From Deinococcus sp. (GTDB taxonomy: Bacteria > Deinococcota > Deinococci > Deinococcales > Deinococcaceae): 64,000 bases of DNA. Each line of letters opens with the position of its first letter. Positions within the stretch are counted from its first letter, which is position 1. The stretch covers positions 2,432,001 through 2,496,000 of the forward strand of contig OZ253375.1 in assembly GCA_965261005.1 (NCBI GenBank), given 5' to 3'. Shown here one piece after another: positions 53,811 to 64,000 of this stretch. A program made the position numbers and the translations under genes. A model generated the notes under the pieces. That model made no database searches, was not told where the DNA came from, and saw only the letters and a program-made list of their open reading frames with translations.

Positions 53811-54632
53811 GTGCCCCCCGCCCTCGCCGGCCTGCTGTCCGCCCTGACTTACGGGGTGGGGGACTTTCTCTCCGGCCTCGCCAGCCGGCGCGATCCGCCG
53901 CTGCGCGTCGTCGCCCTGACGCACCCGCTGGCCGCCCTGACGCTGGCCCTGCTGGCTTGGCTGCTCGGCCAGGAGATGCCGCCCGTTCGCGACCTCATGT
54001 GGGGCGCCGTCGCGGGCGTGGTCGGCCTCGGGGGCGTGCTCGCCTTTTACCGGGCGCTGGCTCTCGGGCCGATGGGCGCGGTGTCGGTCGCGGCGGGCGC
54101 CTTGTCGGCGCTGCTGCCGGTCGGCGCGGGCCTGCTGCTGGGCGAGGCGTTCGGCGCGCTGCTGCTGGCCGGCGCCGCGTGCATTCTTATGGGCTGCGCG
54201 CTGCTGAGCTTCGTGCCCGGCGGGTCCGGGGCGGCGAACGGCGTCCCGCTCGGGTTACTCGCGGGCCTGGGCTTCGGCCTGTTCTTCGTGTTGCTGGGGC
54301 AAGCGAGCGCGCCGGGGGTGCTGTGGACCTTGTGTGCGGCCAGAATCGCCAGCAGCGCCGCCGTGCTGCCCATCGCCGTGCGAACGGTCGGTTTGCGCCC
54401 GAACACGTTCAGCTTGATACTGGCCTCGGCGCCGGGGGATACCCTCGGCAACCTGTTTTACCTGCTGGCCGTGCAGGGCGGCGGCCTGGCGCTGGCCGGC
54501 TTGCTGACCGGCCTCTACCCAGCCCTGACCATTCTGCTGGCGGCCCTGATTCTGCGCGAACGGCTACGGCCCGCCCAGTGGGCCGGCGTGGGCCTCGCCT
54601 TGCTGGGGGCGACCTTGCTGACGCGGCGATAA
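53811..54632 (+). CDS. EamA/DMT family transporter
   Basis: YGVGDF, FYRALALGPM, LYPALT, LRERL; about 10 TM. Confidence 0.85.
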   Translation: MPPALAGLLSALTYGVGDFLSGLASRRDPPLRVVALTHPLAALTLALLAWLLGQEMPPVRDLMWGAVAGVVGLGGVLAFYRALALGPMGAVSVAAGALSALLPVGAGLLLGEAFGALLLAGAACILMGCALLSFVPGGSGAANGVPLGLLAGLGFGLFFVLLGQASAPGVLWTLCAARIASSAAVLPIAVRTVGLRPNTFSLILASAPGDTLGNLFYLLAVQGGGLALAGLLTGLYPALTILLAALILRERLRPAQWAGVGLALLGATLLTRR

Positions 54633-54936
54633 ATAAAAGTTGAGCTTGCCCGCCAATATTCCCAATCCGAAAAAGCGAAAATAACGCCCATGAACACGGC
54701 AGACGGGGAAGGCATCGCGAACGTCGGCGAGCCTAGCGCGAGCGACTTGGAGAGCGGCACATCGGCCAACTCCGGCACGCCGGTTGGCAGTGGCGGCACG
54801 ACGGTGGGGAGTATGGCGGCGGGCGCTCAGATGCCTGAGCAAATGGACGCCGGCGGCACGTCCGCCAACGTGTCCGCCGAGATGCCCAGCGGGGACGCCG
54901 GCCCCGGCATCAGCCCCACCGGCGACAATAACTTAA

Positions 54937-56125
54937 CTGACATGTTGCAGATTTCATAGGGGTTGTCTGGAACGCGGTTTTGGCCCCAAGCTGGGGTGTG
55001 AATCCAAAAGAAGCACGTTCCAGACAACTCTATTCTGACATCCTCAAGAGCTTCGCTCGTAAGCAGCACCGCGACTCGTTGCGCGTCTTCCTCGACTTGC
55101 TCCTCGAAGCCAAGGGCCGACCATTCCCCAGTCAAGCCACCGTCAAGTCTCCCGCTGCCATCAGCCGGTTTCTCAACCACTACGGCTGGTCCACCCGCTC
55201 CCTCGTTCGCGCCCTGCGTCACCACGCTCAGCAAACGCTCCTCGACTTCTGGCGCTCAGCTCCCCACCAGCGTCCCCGCCTCGAACTCTTGATCGACCTC
55301 ACCAGCTTGGAAAAGACCGGCCACTTTGAGCAGTTGGATGACTGGATGCACGTCTACAACGGCGTCCACGGCGTTCATCTGGTCGTCCTCTACCTCTGCT
55401 GTGGTCCGCTCCGCTTGCCCTGGGCCGTCCAGGTCTGGCGCGGTAAAGGCACCCCCTCACCCGCCGTGCTGGCCCTTAAACTGCTCCGCAGCGTTCCCAA
55501 GGGGTTGCTCAGCAGCGGTCGAAAGGCGCGCGTGCATGCCGACGGCGGCTTCGAGTGTGCCACCTTCATCCACGGTGTCCTCGACGTTGGGTTCGATCTG
55601 ATCGTGGGCGTGCGCAAAAACCGCAAGCTCGCAGATGGCCGCACCGTCGCCGACCTCACCGTGCGTGGCTCGACCGTCACCCCTCAAGGACTGCGTCAGC
55701 ACATGACCGTCTCTTGGGTTTGGCTGTACCGCAACACGCAGCCCGAACAGCGTTTCGTGATGTCCAGCTGCAAACTGGGCGGTGTCTACCTGGCCCGTGT
55801 AGGCAAACGTCGCTGGAAGATCGAGGCGTTCTTCAAAACCATCAAAGGCCGTTTCGGTTTGGAACGCTTTGCCCAGCACAGCAAACAGGGCGCCTTCCGC
55901 TTTTGGTGCCTCTCGACCTTGGCCTTCCTGCTGTGTCACTTGGCCGATCTCGACTTGCCACCACGGCCACCTGGCGAGTGGCCGGATTGGGGTGAACTGG
56001 CCAAAGCCCTGCGGCTCACCCTGCTCGCCGACGTGCGCCGTGCCGCCCTGCTCCTCGAACTCGCCGACCTCGACGCCGCTCAAGACGCCATCCCTACCCA
56101 CGCTCCTTAAACTGCAATATGTCAG
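54937..56125 (+). mobile_element. DDE insertion sequence, IS701-like, 1189 bp
   Basis: IR CTGACAT(G/A)TTGCAG; TTAA target duplication (54933-54936 / 56126-56129). Confidence 0.85.
54998..56110 (+). CDS. DDE transposase (IS701-like)
   Basis: LIDLTSLEK, HADGGF, KRRWKIEAFFKTIK. Confidence 0.85.
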   Translation: MNPKEARSRQLYSDILKSFARKQHRDSLRVFLDLLLEAKGRPFPSQATVKSPAAISRFLNHYGWSTRSLVRALRHHAQQTLLDFWRSAPHQRPRLELLIDLTSLEKTGHFEQLDDWMHVYNGVHGVHLVVLYLCCGPLRLPWAVQVWRGKGTPSPAVLALKLLRSVPKGLLSSGRKARVHADGGFECATFIHGVLDVGFDLIVGVRKNRKLADGRTVADLTVRGSTVTPQGLRQHMTVSWVWLYRNTQPEQRFVMSSCKLGGVYLARVGKRRWKIEAFFKTIKGRFGLERFAQHSKQGAFRFWCLSTLAFLLCHLADLDLPPRPPGEWPDWGELAKALRLTLLADVRRAALLLELADLDAAQDAIPTHAP

Positions 56126-56374
56126 TTAAGCGACGTAAGCACGCGGGCGGCGGGCAGCCTTGACCCGTCCAATTTGCCCGGCCAAGGACTGCCCGGCACC
56201 ATGAGCGCCTCGTCGAGTGACGCGGCCTACACCCATCCCGGCGACTTCACGGCCGAGGTGCCAAAAAACGACGTGGAGGACGGCTCGCCCTCCTGATCGC
56301 CACTTTCGCCGCAGCGGCCAGATTTGCTATACTTCCAAAGTTGCCCGCTGAGTCTCAGGCGGCGAAGGAGAGCC

Positions 56375-56590
<216 letters not shown>

Positions 56591-56605
56591 GCGTTGCTCA
56601 CCCCG

Positions 56606-56632
56606 CCCCGCCGCCCGGCGGGGTTTTTGTTT
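56606..56632 (+). terminator. rpmE terminator
   Basis: CCCCGCCG-CC-CGGCGGGG followed by TTTTTGTTT. Confidence 0.7.
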
Positions 56633-56709
56633 GCTTGACGGTTTGCGGGGTGCCCCCTAGACTCCTAGCAATCCAGGTGTGTTGATCGCGCGAGCAGAAA
56701 TGGGGGGCC

Positions 56710-58230
56710 ATGACCACGCACGCACAGGTCGCCTTTGTGGGCGTCTCCAAGTCTTTCGGGCCGGTGGAGGTGCTGCACGACGTCAGCTTCGAGATCGCCC
56801 CCGGCGAGGTCCACGCCCTGATCGGCGAGAACGGGGCCGGCAAGAGCACCCTGATGAAGATTCTGGCCGGCTACCAACCGCCGAGCGCGGGTGAGGTGTT
56901 GCTGGGGGGCCGGCCCGGCCGCTTCCGCGACAGCAAGGACGCGGAAGCGGCCGGCGTCGTGCTGATTCACCAGGAGTTCAATTTGGCCGAGGACCTGACG
57001 GTCGCCCAGAACATCTTTCTGGGCCGTGAGCGCGGCGGCCTCTTGCTCGACGACGCGGGCATGAACGTGCGGGCGCGGGAAGCTTTGGAACGCTTGCACG
57101 TGAGGCTCGACCCCCGCACCCGCGTGCGCGAGCTGAGCGTGCCGCAAAAGCAGCTGGTCGAGATCGCCCGCGCCCTGTCCCGGGACGCCCGGCTGCTGAT
57201 CCTCGACGAGCCGACCGCCAGCCTGACCCTCGGCGAAACCGAGACGCTCTTTCAGCTGATGCGCCAGTTGGCCGCGCAAGGGGTGACGCTGCTGTATATC
57301 AGCCACAAGCTGGACGAGGTGCGGGCGGTCGCGGAACGGGTGACGGTGCTGCGCGACGGGCGCTACGTGACCACCGCCCCCGTCGCGGGCCTCAGCGAGC
57401 ACGACATGGCCAGCCTGATGGTCGGGCGCGAGCTGGAGGACATGTTTCCGCCGAGGGGGGAGCCGCGACCGGGGGAGCTGCTGCGCGTGGAGGGCCTCAG
57501 CGTGCCCGGCTGGGCGCAGGGCGTCAGCTTCACCCTGCGCGCCGGCGAGGTGCTGGGCTTCGCGGGCCTGGTGGGGGCGGGGCGCACCGAGACTTTCGAG
57601 GGGCTGCTGGGCCTGCGCCGAAGCACGGTCGGGCGGGTGCTGCTGCGGGGGCGGCCCACCCGCCTCGGCTCGCCGCAGGTCGCCGCGCGGGCCGGCGTGG
57701 TGTACCTGTCCGAGGACCGGGGGGGCAAGGGCCTGCTGACGGACAAGCCGCTCACGCCCAACCTCACCCTGATGACCCTGGAGCAGTACGCCCACCCCCT
57801 GTTGAACCTGCGGGCCGAGGAACGGGCGATGGAGCGCGCCCAGCGCGAATACGGCATTCGCGCCGGCAGCCTGAACGTGCCGGCCGGCGCCCTGTCGGGA
57901 GGGAACCAGCAGAAGCTGGCCCTGGCGCGCATTCTGGAGCCGGACCCACAGGTGATCATCCTCGACGAGCCGACCCGCGGCGTGGACGTGGGCGCCAAGC
58001 GCGACATCTACCTGCTGATTCACCGTCTCGCGGGGGCCGGCAAGGGCGTGATCGTGATCTCCAGCGAGATGCAGGAGCTGCTGGGCGTGTGCCACCGGGT
58101 GGTGACCATGCACGCCGGGCGGGTGACGGGCAACTTGTCCGGCGACGACCTGACCGAGCGCGAAGTGATTCAGTACATCACCGGCCTCAAGGCCCAGCCC
58201 GCCCCACTCTCGGAAGCGGAGGTCGGGTGA
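56710..58230 (+). CDS. Monosaccharide ABC transporter ATP-binding protein (XylG/RbsA-like)
   Basis: [14 protein letters not shown] twice, LSGGNQQK. Confidence 0.92.
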   Translation: MTTHAQVAFVGVSKSFGPVEVLHDVSFEIAPGEVHALIGENGAGKSTLMKILAGYQPPSAGEVLLGGRPGRFRDSKDAEAAGVVLIHQEFNLAEDLTVAQNIFLGRERGGLLLDDAGMNVRAREALERLHVRLDPRTRVRELSVPQKQLVEIARALSRDARLLILDEPTASLTLGETETLFQLMRQLAAQGVTLLYISHKLDEVRAVAERVTVLRDGRYVTTAPVAGLSEHDMASLMVGRELEDMFPPRGEPRPGELLRVEGLSVPGWAQGVSFTLRAGEVLGFAGLVGAGRTETFEGLLGLRRSTVGRVLLRGRPTRLGSPQVAARAGVVYLSEDRGGKGLLTDKPLTPNLTLMTLEQYAHPLLNLRAEERAMERAQREYGIRAGSLNVPAGALSGGNQQKLALARILEPDPQVIILDEPTRGVDVGAKRDIYLLIHRLAGAGKGVIVISSEMQELLGVCHRVVTMHAGRVTGNLSGDDLTEREVIQYITGLKAQPAPLSEAEVG

Positions 58231-59231
58231 GCACCCCCGTTCCCGAAACCGCCCCCGCTCCCCCGCGCCGGCCTTCCTGGCTGGCCCGGCTGGGCAGCCT
58301 CGGGCCGCTGCTGGGCTTGCTGGCCCTGATGCTCCTCGCCACGCTGCTCAACCCGGCCTTTGCGAGCTACGCCAACCTCAGCAACGTGGTGACCGGGGCG
58401 ACCTTTATCGGCATTGTGGCGGTGGGGGCGACCTTCGTGATCATCTCGGGCGGCATCGACCTGTCGGTCGGCTCGATGGCGGCCCTGATCGCGGGCAGCG
58501 TGATTCTCTTCATGAACGCGCTCGCGCCCGCGCTGGGCAGCGGCTGGCTCACCATCTCGGTCGGGATGCTGGCGGCCCTCTTGATCGGGGCGCTGGCGGG
58601 GCTGTTTCACGGGACCGTCATCACGCTGGGGCGCATCGAACCGTTCATCGTCACCCTGGGCACGCTGGGCATCTTCCGGGCCGTGCTGACCTACCTGTCG
58701 CAGGGCGGGGCCATCTCGCTGGGGCTGACCCTCGGCGACACCTACAGCCCGGTGTACTACGGCAAGCTGCTGGGGATTCCGGTTCCCATTCTGGTCTTTG
58801 CGGCGGTCGCCCTGCTGGGCGGGCTGATTCTCAATCGCACCCGCTACGGGCGCTACGTCCAGGCCATCGGTTCGAGCGAGCAGGTGGCGCGCTACGCCGC
58901 CATCGACGTGACCCGCGTCAAGATTCTGACCTACGTGATCCAGGGCGTTTGCGTGGGCCTGGCGACCATCCTGTACGTGCCGCGCCTCGGTAGCGCGACG
59001 CCCTCGACCGGTCTGCTGTGGGAATTGGAGGCCATCGCCGCCGTCATCATCGGCGGCACGGCCCTGCGCGGGGGCAGCGGGCGCGTCTGGGGCACCGTCG
59101 TGGGGGCCATTCTGCTGCTGACCATCGAGAACGTCCTCAACCTGACCTCAATTATCAGCGTGTACTTGAACGCGGCGGTGCAGGGGGTGGTGATCATTCT
59201 GGTGGCGTTTTTTCAAAGGGGCAGGAAGTAG
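58227..59231 (+). CDS. Monosaccharide ABC transporter permease
   Basis: [29 protein letters not shown]. Confidence 0.92.
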   Translation: MSTPVPETAPAPPRRPSWLARLGSLGPLLGLLALMLLATLLNPAFASYANLSNVVTGATFIGIVAVGATFVIISGGIDLSVGSMAALIAGSVILFMNALAPALGSGWLTISVGMLAALLIGALAGLFHGTVITLGRIEPFIVTLGTLGIFRAVLTYLSQGGAISLGLTLGDTYSPVYYGKLLGIPVPILVFAAVALLGGLILNRTRYGRYVQAIGSSEQVARYAAIDVTRVKILTYVIQGVCVGLATILYVPRLGSATPSTGLLWELEAIAAVIIGGTALRGGSGRVWGTVVGAILLLTIENVLNLTSIISVYLNAAVQGVVIILVAFFQRGRK

Positions 59232-59291
59232 GATGCGGGAAAGATTGGGCGCGGCGTTCGGACGTTCGACGGCTTTTTCAGGAGGAAACCC

Positions 59292-60236
59292 ATGAAGACC
59301 AGATTGCTGTTGATGACGGTGTTGCTCGGCAGCTCGCTCGCTCTCGCGCAGGACAAGAAGGTCATGGGCGTCTCGATTCCCTCGGCCGACCACGGCTGGA
59401 CGGCCGGGGTGGTGTACTGGGCCAACGAGACCGCGAAGGAGTTGCAGAAGAAGTACCCGGGCCTCCAGGTGATCGTCAAGACCGCCAAGGACGCCCCCGA
59501 GCAGGCCAACCAGATTCGCGACCTCGCGACGGTGAACAAGATCAACACCCTGGTGATCCTGCCGCAGGACAGCGCGACCCTGACGCGCCCGGTCGCCAGC
59601 GTCAAAAAGCAGGGCGTCTACACCGTCGTGGTGGACCGCGCCCTGAGCGATCCGGGCGCCCAGGACGCCTACGTGGCGGGGGACAACCCCGGCCTCGGGC
59701 GGGTCAGCGCCGAGTACGTGGGCAAGCAGCTGGGTGGCAAGGGCAGCATCGTGGTGCTGCGCGGCATTCCGACCGTCATCGACAACCAGCGGGTGGACAA
59801 CTTCGAGAAGACCCTGGGGGCGATGTACCCGGGCGTCAAGATTTTGGATAAGCAGTACGCCAACTGGAACCGCGACGACGGCTTCAAGGTGATGCAGGAC
59901 GACCTGACCCGCTTTCCCAAAATTGACGCCGTGTGGGCGCAGGATGACGACATCGCCGTGGGCGTGCTGCGGGCGATCCAGCAGGCGGGGCGCAGCGACA
60001 TCAAGTTCGTGCTTGGGGGAGCTGGCATGAAGGAGGCCGTCAAGAAGGTGATGGACGGCGACAAGCTGATCACCGCCGACGTGACCTACCCGCCGCGTAT
60101 GATTCAGGACGCCATGCGCCTGGCCGCCGAGAGCCTGGTGGGCGGCAAGCCGATGGCGAAGAGCACCATTATCCCCAGCGTGCTGATCACCAAGCAGAAC
60201 GCCGACAAGTACTACTTCCCGAACTCGCCGTTCTGA
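59292..60236 (+). CDS. Monosaccharide ABC transporter substrate-binding protein
   Basis: Signal peptide; PSADHGW, VVVDR, AGDN, WAQDDD. Confidence 0.9.
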   Translation: MKTRLLLMTVLLGSSLALAQDKKVMGVSIPSADHGWTAGVVYWANETAKELQKKYPGLQVIVKTAKDAPEQANQIRDLATVNKINTLVILPQDSATLTRPVASVKKQGVYTVVVDRALSDPGAQDAYVAGDNPGLGRVSAEYVGKQLGGKGSIVVLRGIPTVIDNQRVDNFEKTLGAMYPGVKILDKQYANWNRDDGFKVMQDDLTRFPKIDAVWAQDDDIAVGVLRAIQQAGRSDIKFVLGGAGMKEAVKKVMDGDKLITADVTYPPRMIQDAMRLAAESLVGGKPMAKSTIIPSVLITKQNADKYYFPNSPF

Positions 60237-60239
60237 GGA

Positions 60240-60280
60240 CCCCTCACCCCCGGCCCCTCTCCCGCAAGGGGAGAGGGGTG
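60240..60280. repeat. REP/CIR-like palindromic repeat
   Basis: CCCCTCACCCCCGGCCCCTCTCCCGCAAGGGGAGAGGGGTG, near-identical to 51256-51296. Confidence 0.8.
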
Positions 60281-60291
60281 CTAGGAGGCAC

Positions 60292-61298
<1,007 letters not shown>

Positions 61299-61302
<4 letters not shown>

Positions 61303-62462
61303 GGCGGCTGCACATGGGCATGGTCGGCGGCGGGCAGGGGGCCTTTATCGGCGCGGTTCACCGCATGGCCGCCGCCCTGGACGGGCAGATTGACTTCATG
61401 GCGGGGGCGCTCTCCAGCACCCCGGAGAAATCAAAGGCTTCTGGACGCGAGCTTGGGCTGGACGAGGGGCGCAACTACGGCTCCTGGGAGGAGATGCTCT
61501 CGGGCGAGCTGGCCCGGCCAGGGGACGAGCGGATTGACTTCGTGTCGGTCGTGACGCCCAACCACCTGCACTACCCGGTGGCGCGGGCGTTCGCGGCGGC
61601 GGGCATCAACGTCGTGTCCGACAAGCCGCTGGTGCACAGCTCCGAGCAGGCGCGCGATCTGATGGACGTGGTGGCGAAGTCGGGGGTCGTCTTCGCCGTC
61701 ACCTACAACTACACCGGCTACCCGCTGGTGCGCGAGGCGCGCGAACTGGTGCGCTCGGGCCGCATTGGCGAGGTGCGAAAGGTGATCGTGGAGTACAACC
61801 AAGGATGGCTTGCCACGCAGCTCAGCAACAAGCAGGCCGATTGGCGCACCGACCCCGAGCGGAGCGGCCTGGCGGGCGCGGTGGGCGACATCGGCTCGCA
61901 CGCCGAGAATTTGATGGCGACGGTGACGGGCCTGGAGCTGGACGCCCTGTGCGCCGATTTGACCAGCTTCGTGCCGGGCCGCAAGCTCGACGACGACGCC
62001 AGCATGCTGCTGCGCTTTGAGGGCGGGGCGCGGGGCGTCCTGACCTGCTCGCAAATCGAGATCGGCGCCGAGAACGACTTGCGCCTGCGGGTGTATGGAA
62101 CGCGGGGCAGCCTGACTTGGCAGCAGGAGGACCCCAACCACCTGTTTCTCGACACCCTGGACGCGCCCCGCCAAATCTTGACGCGCGGCAGCCCGTACCT
62201 TAGTCCGGCGGCGCAAGCGGCCACCCGCTTGCCAACCGGCCACCCGGAAGCGTTTATCGAGGCCTTTGCCAATGTCTACCGGGGGGCGGCCGAGGCGATG
62301 CGCGCGAAAAAGGAGAACCGTGCCCCCGACCCGCTCATGGCCGACTTTCCGACGCTCGCGGACGGGGCGCGCGGCGTGCACTTCATCGAAAAGGCGGTCG
62401 AGAGCGCCGGGAGCGAGCGAAAGTGGACTGAGGCGAGCTGGCGTGAAAAGGTGGCGTCATGA
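61299..62462 (+). CDS. Gfo/Idh/MocA-family oxidoreductase
   Basis: [29 protein letters not shown]. Confidence 0.9.
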
Positions 62463-63625
62463 GTTCCTATCAGCCCACGCCTGCGGACAAGTTCACCTTC
62501 GGCCTTTGGACGGTGGGGAACGTCGGGCGCGACCCCTTCGGTGAGCCGACCCGCCGGGGGCTCGACCCCGTCAGCATCGTCCACAAGCTGGCCGAGCTGG
62601 GCGCCTACGGCGTCAACCTGCACGACAACGACCTGATTCTAATAGATGCGAGCGCCGGCGAGCGCGACCGCATGGTGGCCGAGTTCAAGAGAGCGCTGGA
62701 GGAAACTGGCCTGGTCGTCCCGATGGCGACCACCAACCTCTTTACCGACCCTGCCTTCAAGGACGGCGCCTTCACTTCCGCCGACGCCCGCGTGCGCGCC
62801 CTCGCCCTGCAAAAGACCATGCTCAGCATGGACCTCGGGGCCGAGCTGGGGGCCTCCACCTACGTCTTTTGGGGCGGGCGCGAGGGGACCGAGGTGGACG
62901 CCTCCGGCAAGCTGCTCGACAGCTTGGCGTGGTTTCGCGACAGCCTCAACTTTCTGGCCGAGTACAGCCGGGACCAAGGGTACAACTACAAGTTTGCGCT
63001 GGAACCCAAGCCCAACGAGCCGCGCGGCGACATCTTCTTTCCGACGGCGGGAAGCATGCTCGGCTTTATCGCCACGCTGGAGCGGCCGGACCTCTTCGGG
63101 GTCAACCCGGAGTTCGCGCACGACACCATGGCGGGCCTCAACTTCGCGCACGCCTTGGCGCAGGTCATTGACGCCGGCAAACTCTTTCACGTTGACCTCA
63201 ACGACCAAAAGATGGGCCGCTTCGATCAGGACTTGCGCTTTGGGGCGGAGAACCTCAAGACGGCCTTTTTCGTGGTGAAGCTGTTGGAGGAGAGCGGCTA
63301 CGACGGTCCCCGGCACTTCGACGCGCACGCGCTCAGAACCGAGGACGAGGCCGGGGTGTGGGCCTTTGCGCGCGGCTGCATGCGGACGTACCTGATGCTG
63401 AGGGACAAGGCGCGGCAGTTTGGTGAGGACGCGGAGATTCAGGCGGCCTTACAAGCCTACCGGGTAGAGGATCCGGAGTTGGAGGCGTTGAGCAAAGGGT
63501 ACACCCGCGAAAAAGCGGGGGCGCTCAAGAACAGAACCTTCGACCGCGAGGCGCTGGGCCGGCGAGGTCCCGGCTTGGAGCAGCTCGACCAGCTGACCGT
63601 TGAGTTGTTGCTGGGCGTGCGGTGA
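62459..63625 (+). CDS. xylA: Xylose isomerase (short Streptomyces/Thermus type)
   Basis: [36 protein letters not shown]. Confidence 0.95.
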   Translation: MSSYQPTPADKFTFGLWTVGNVGRDPFGEPTRRGLDPVSIVHKLAELGAYGVNLHDNDLILIDASAGERDRMVAEFKRALEETGLVVPMATTNLFTDPAFKDGAFTSADARVRALALQKTMLSMDLGAELGASTYVFWGGREGTEVDASGKLLDSLAWFRDSLNFLAEYSRDQGYNYKFALEPKPNEPRGDIFFPTAGSMLGFIATLERPDLFGVNPEFAHDTMAGLNFAHALAQVIDAGKLFHVDLNDQKMGRFDQDLRFGAENLKTAFFVVKLLEESGYDGPRHFDAHALRTEDEAGVWAFARGCMRTYLMLRDKARQFGEDAEIQAALQAYRVEDPELEALSKGYTREKAGALKNRTFDREALGRRGPGLEQLDQLTVELLLGVR

Positions 63626-64000
63626 CTGGACCTACGACGCGGGGAGCCGTCGCCCTGGGCCTTGACGTCGGCACCAGCGGCCTCAAGGCCGTCGCCCTGA
63701 ACGCGGCGGGGGAGAGCGTGGCGGTGGCGGGCACGACCTACCCGCTGCTCACCCCGCAGCCCGGCTGGACCGAGCAACACCCGCAGGACTGGGTGAACGC
63801 CGCCAAGATGGCCCTTTCCGAACTCGCGTCCCAACTCACGAATTACGACATCGTCGCCCTCGGCTTGTCGGGGCAGATGCACGGCTTGGTGCCGCTGGAC
63901 GGGGCCGGCGAGGTCATCCGCCCGGCGCCCCTGTGGAACGACCAACGCACCGGGGCGGCGGCGCTGGAGATCGAGGCCCGCGTGCCGAGGGGCGAGCTGA
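63622..64000 (+). CDS. xylB: Xylulokinase, N-terminal part (runs off window)
   Basis: [35 protein letters not shown]. Confidence 0.9.
   Translation, partial: MTGPTTRGAVALGLDVGTSGLKAVALNAAGESVAVAGTTYPLLTPQPGWTEQHPQDWVNAAKMALSELASQLTNYDIVALGLSGQMHGLVPLDGAGEVIRPAPLWNDQRTGAAALEIEARVPRGEL

Larger units (their letters stand above)
54690..56296 (+). pseudogene. Acidic Ser/Gly-rich low-complexity protein split by an IS
   Basis: Removing IS and one TTAA restores ..GDNNL-SDVSTRAAGSLDPSNLPG..DVEDGSPS*. Confidence 0.6.

Overview
GC-rich bacterial chromosome window, very probably from Deinococcus. Support: a double-OB-fold SSB with an RDRM (DdrO) box in its promoter, a poxvirus-type topoisomerase IB, and many leaderless genes with TAnnnT 5-7 nt before the start codon. 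The core backbone includes pheST, seven tRNAs, rpsF-ssb-rpsR-rplI, tkt, gmk, nth, lspA, luxS, ppk2, folC, a glycerophosphodiester ABC operon, rpmE and a xylose operon running off the right end. Accessory DNA lies in three places: a TA-rich island behind tRNA-Arg(TCT); a decayed island behind tRNA-Trp (integrase stub, IS4-disrupted secreted protein, MmeI-like RM enzyme, low-GC DUF2335 cassette); and a patch at 41.5-46.4 kb (gene debris, PL7 lyase lipoprotein, IS4 nested in IS66). Most striking unannotated signals: (i) a ~62-bp promoter-plus-terminator unit present twice (979-1040 minus, 30004-30065 plus) that should make a ~30-nt RNA; (ii) a leaderless Phe-Phe leader peptide attenuator ahead of pheST; (iii) a DUF4160-DUF2442-HTH toxin-antitoxin pair fused by one extra C in a homopolymer; (iv) a class II photolyase broken by one in-frame TAG; (v) a candidate three-way-junction leader RNA before an amino-acid ABC transporter. 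All family assignments come from motif recognition by eye, not database searches.
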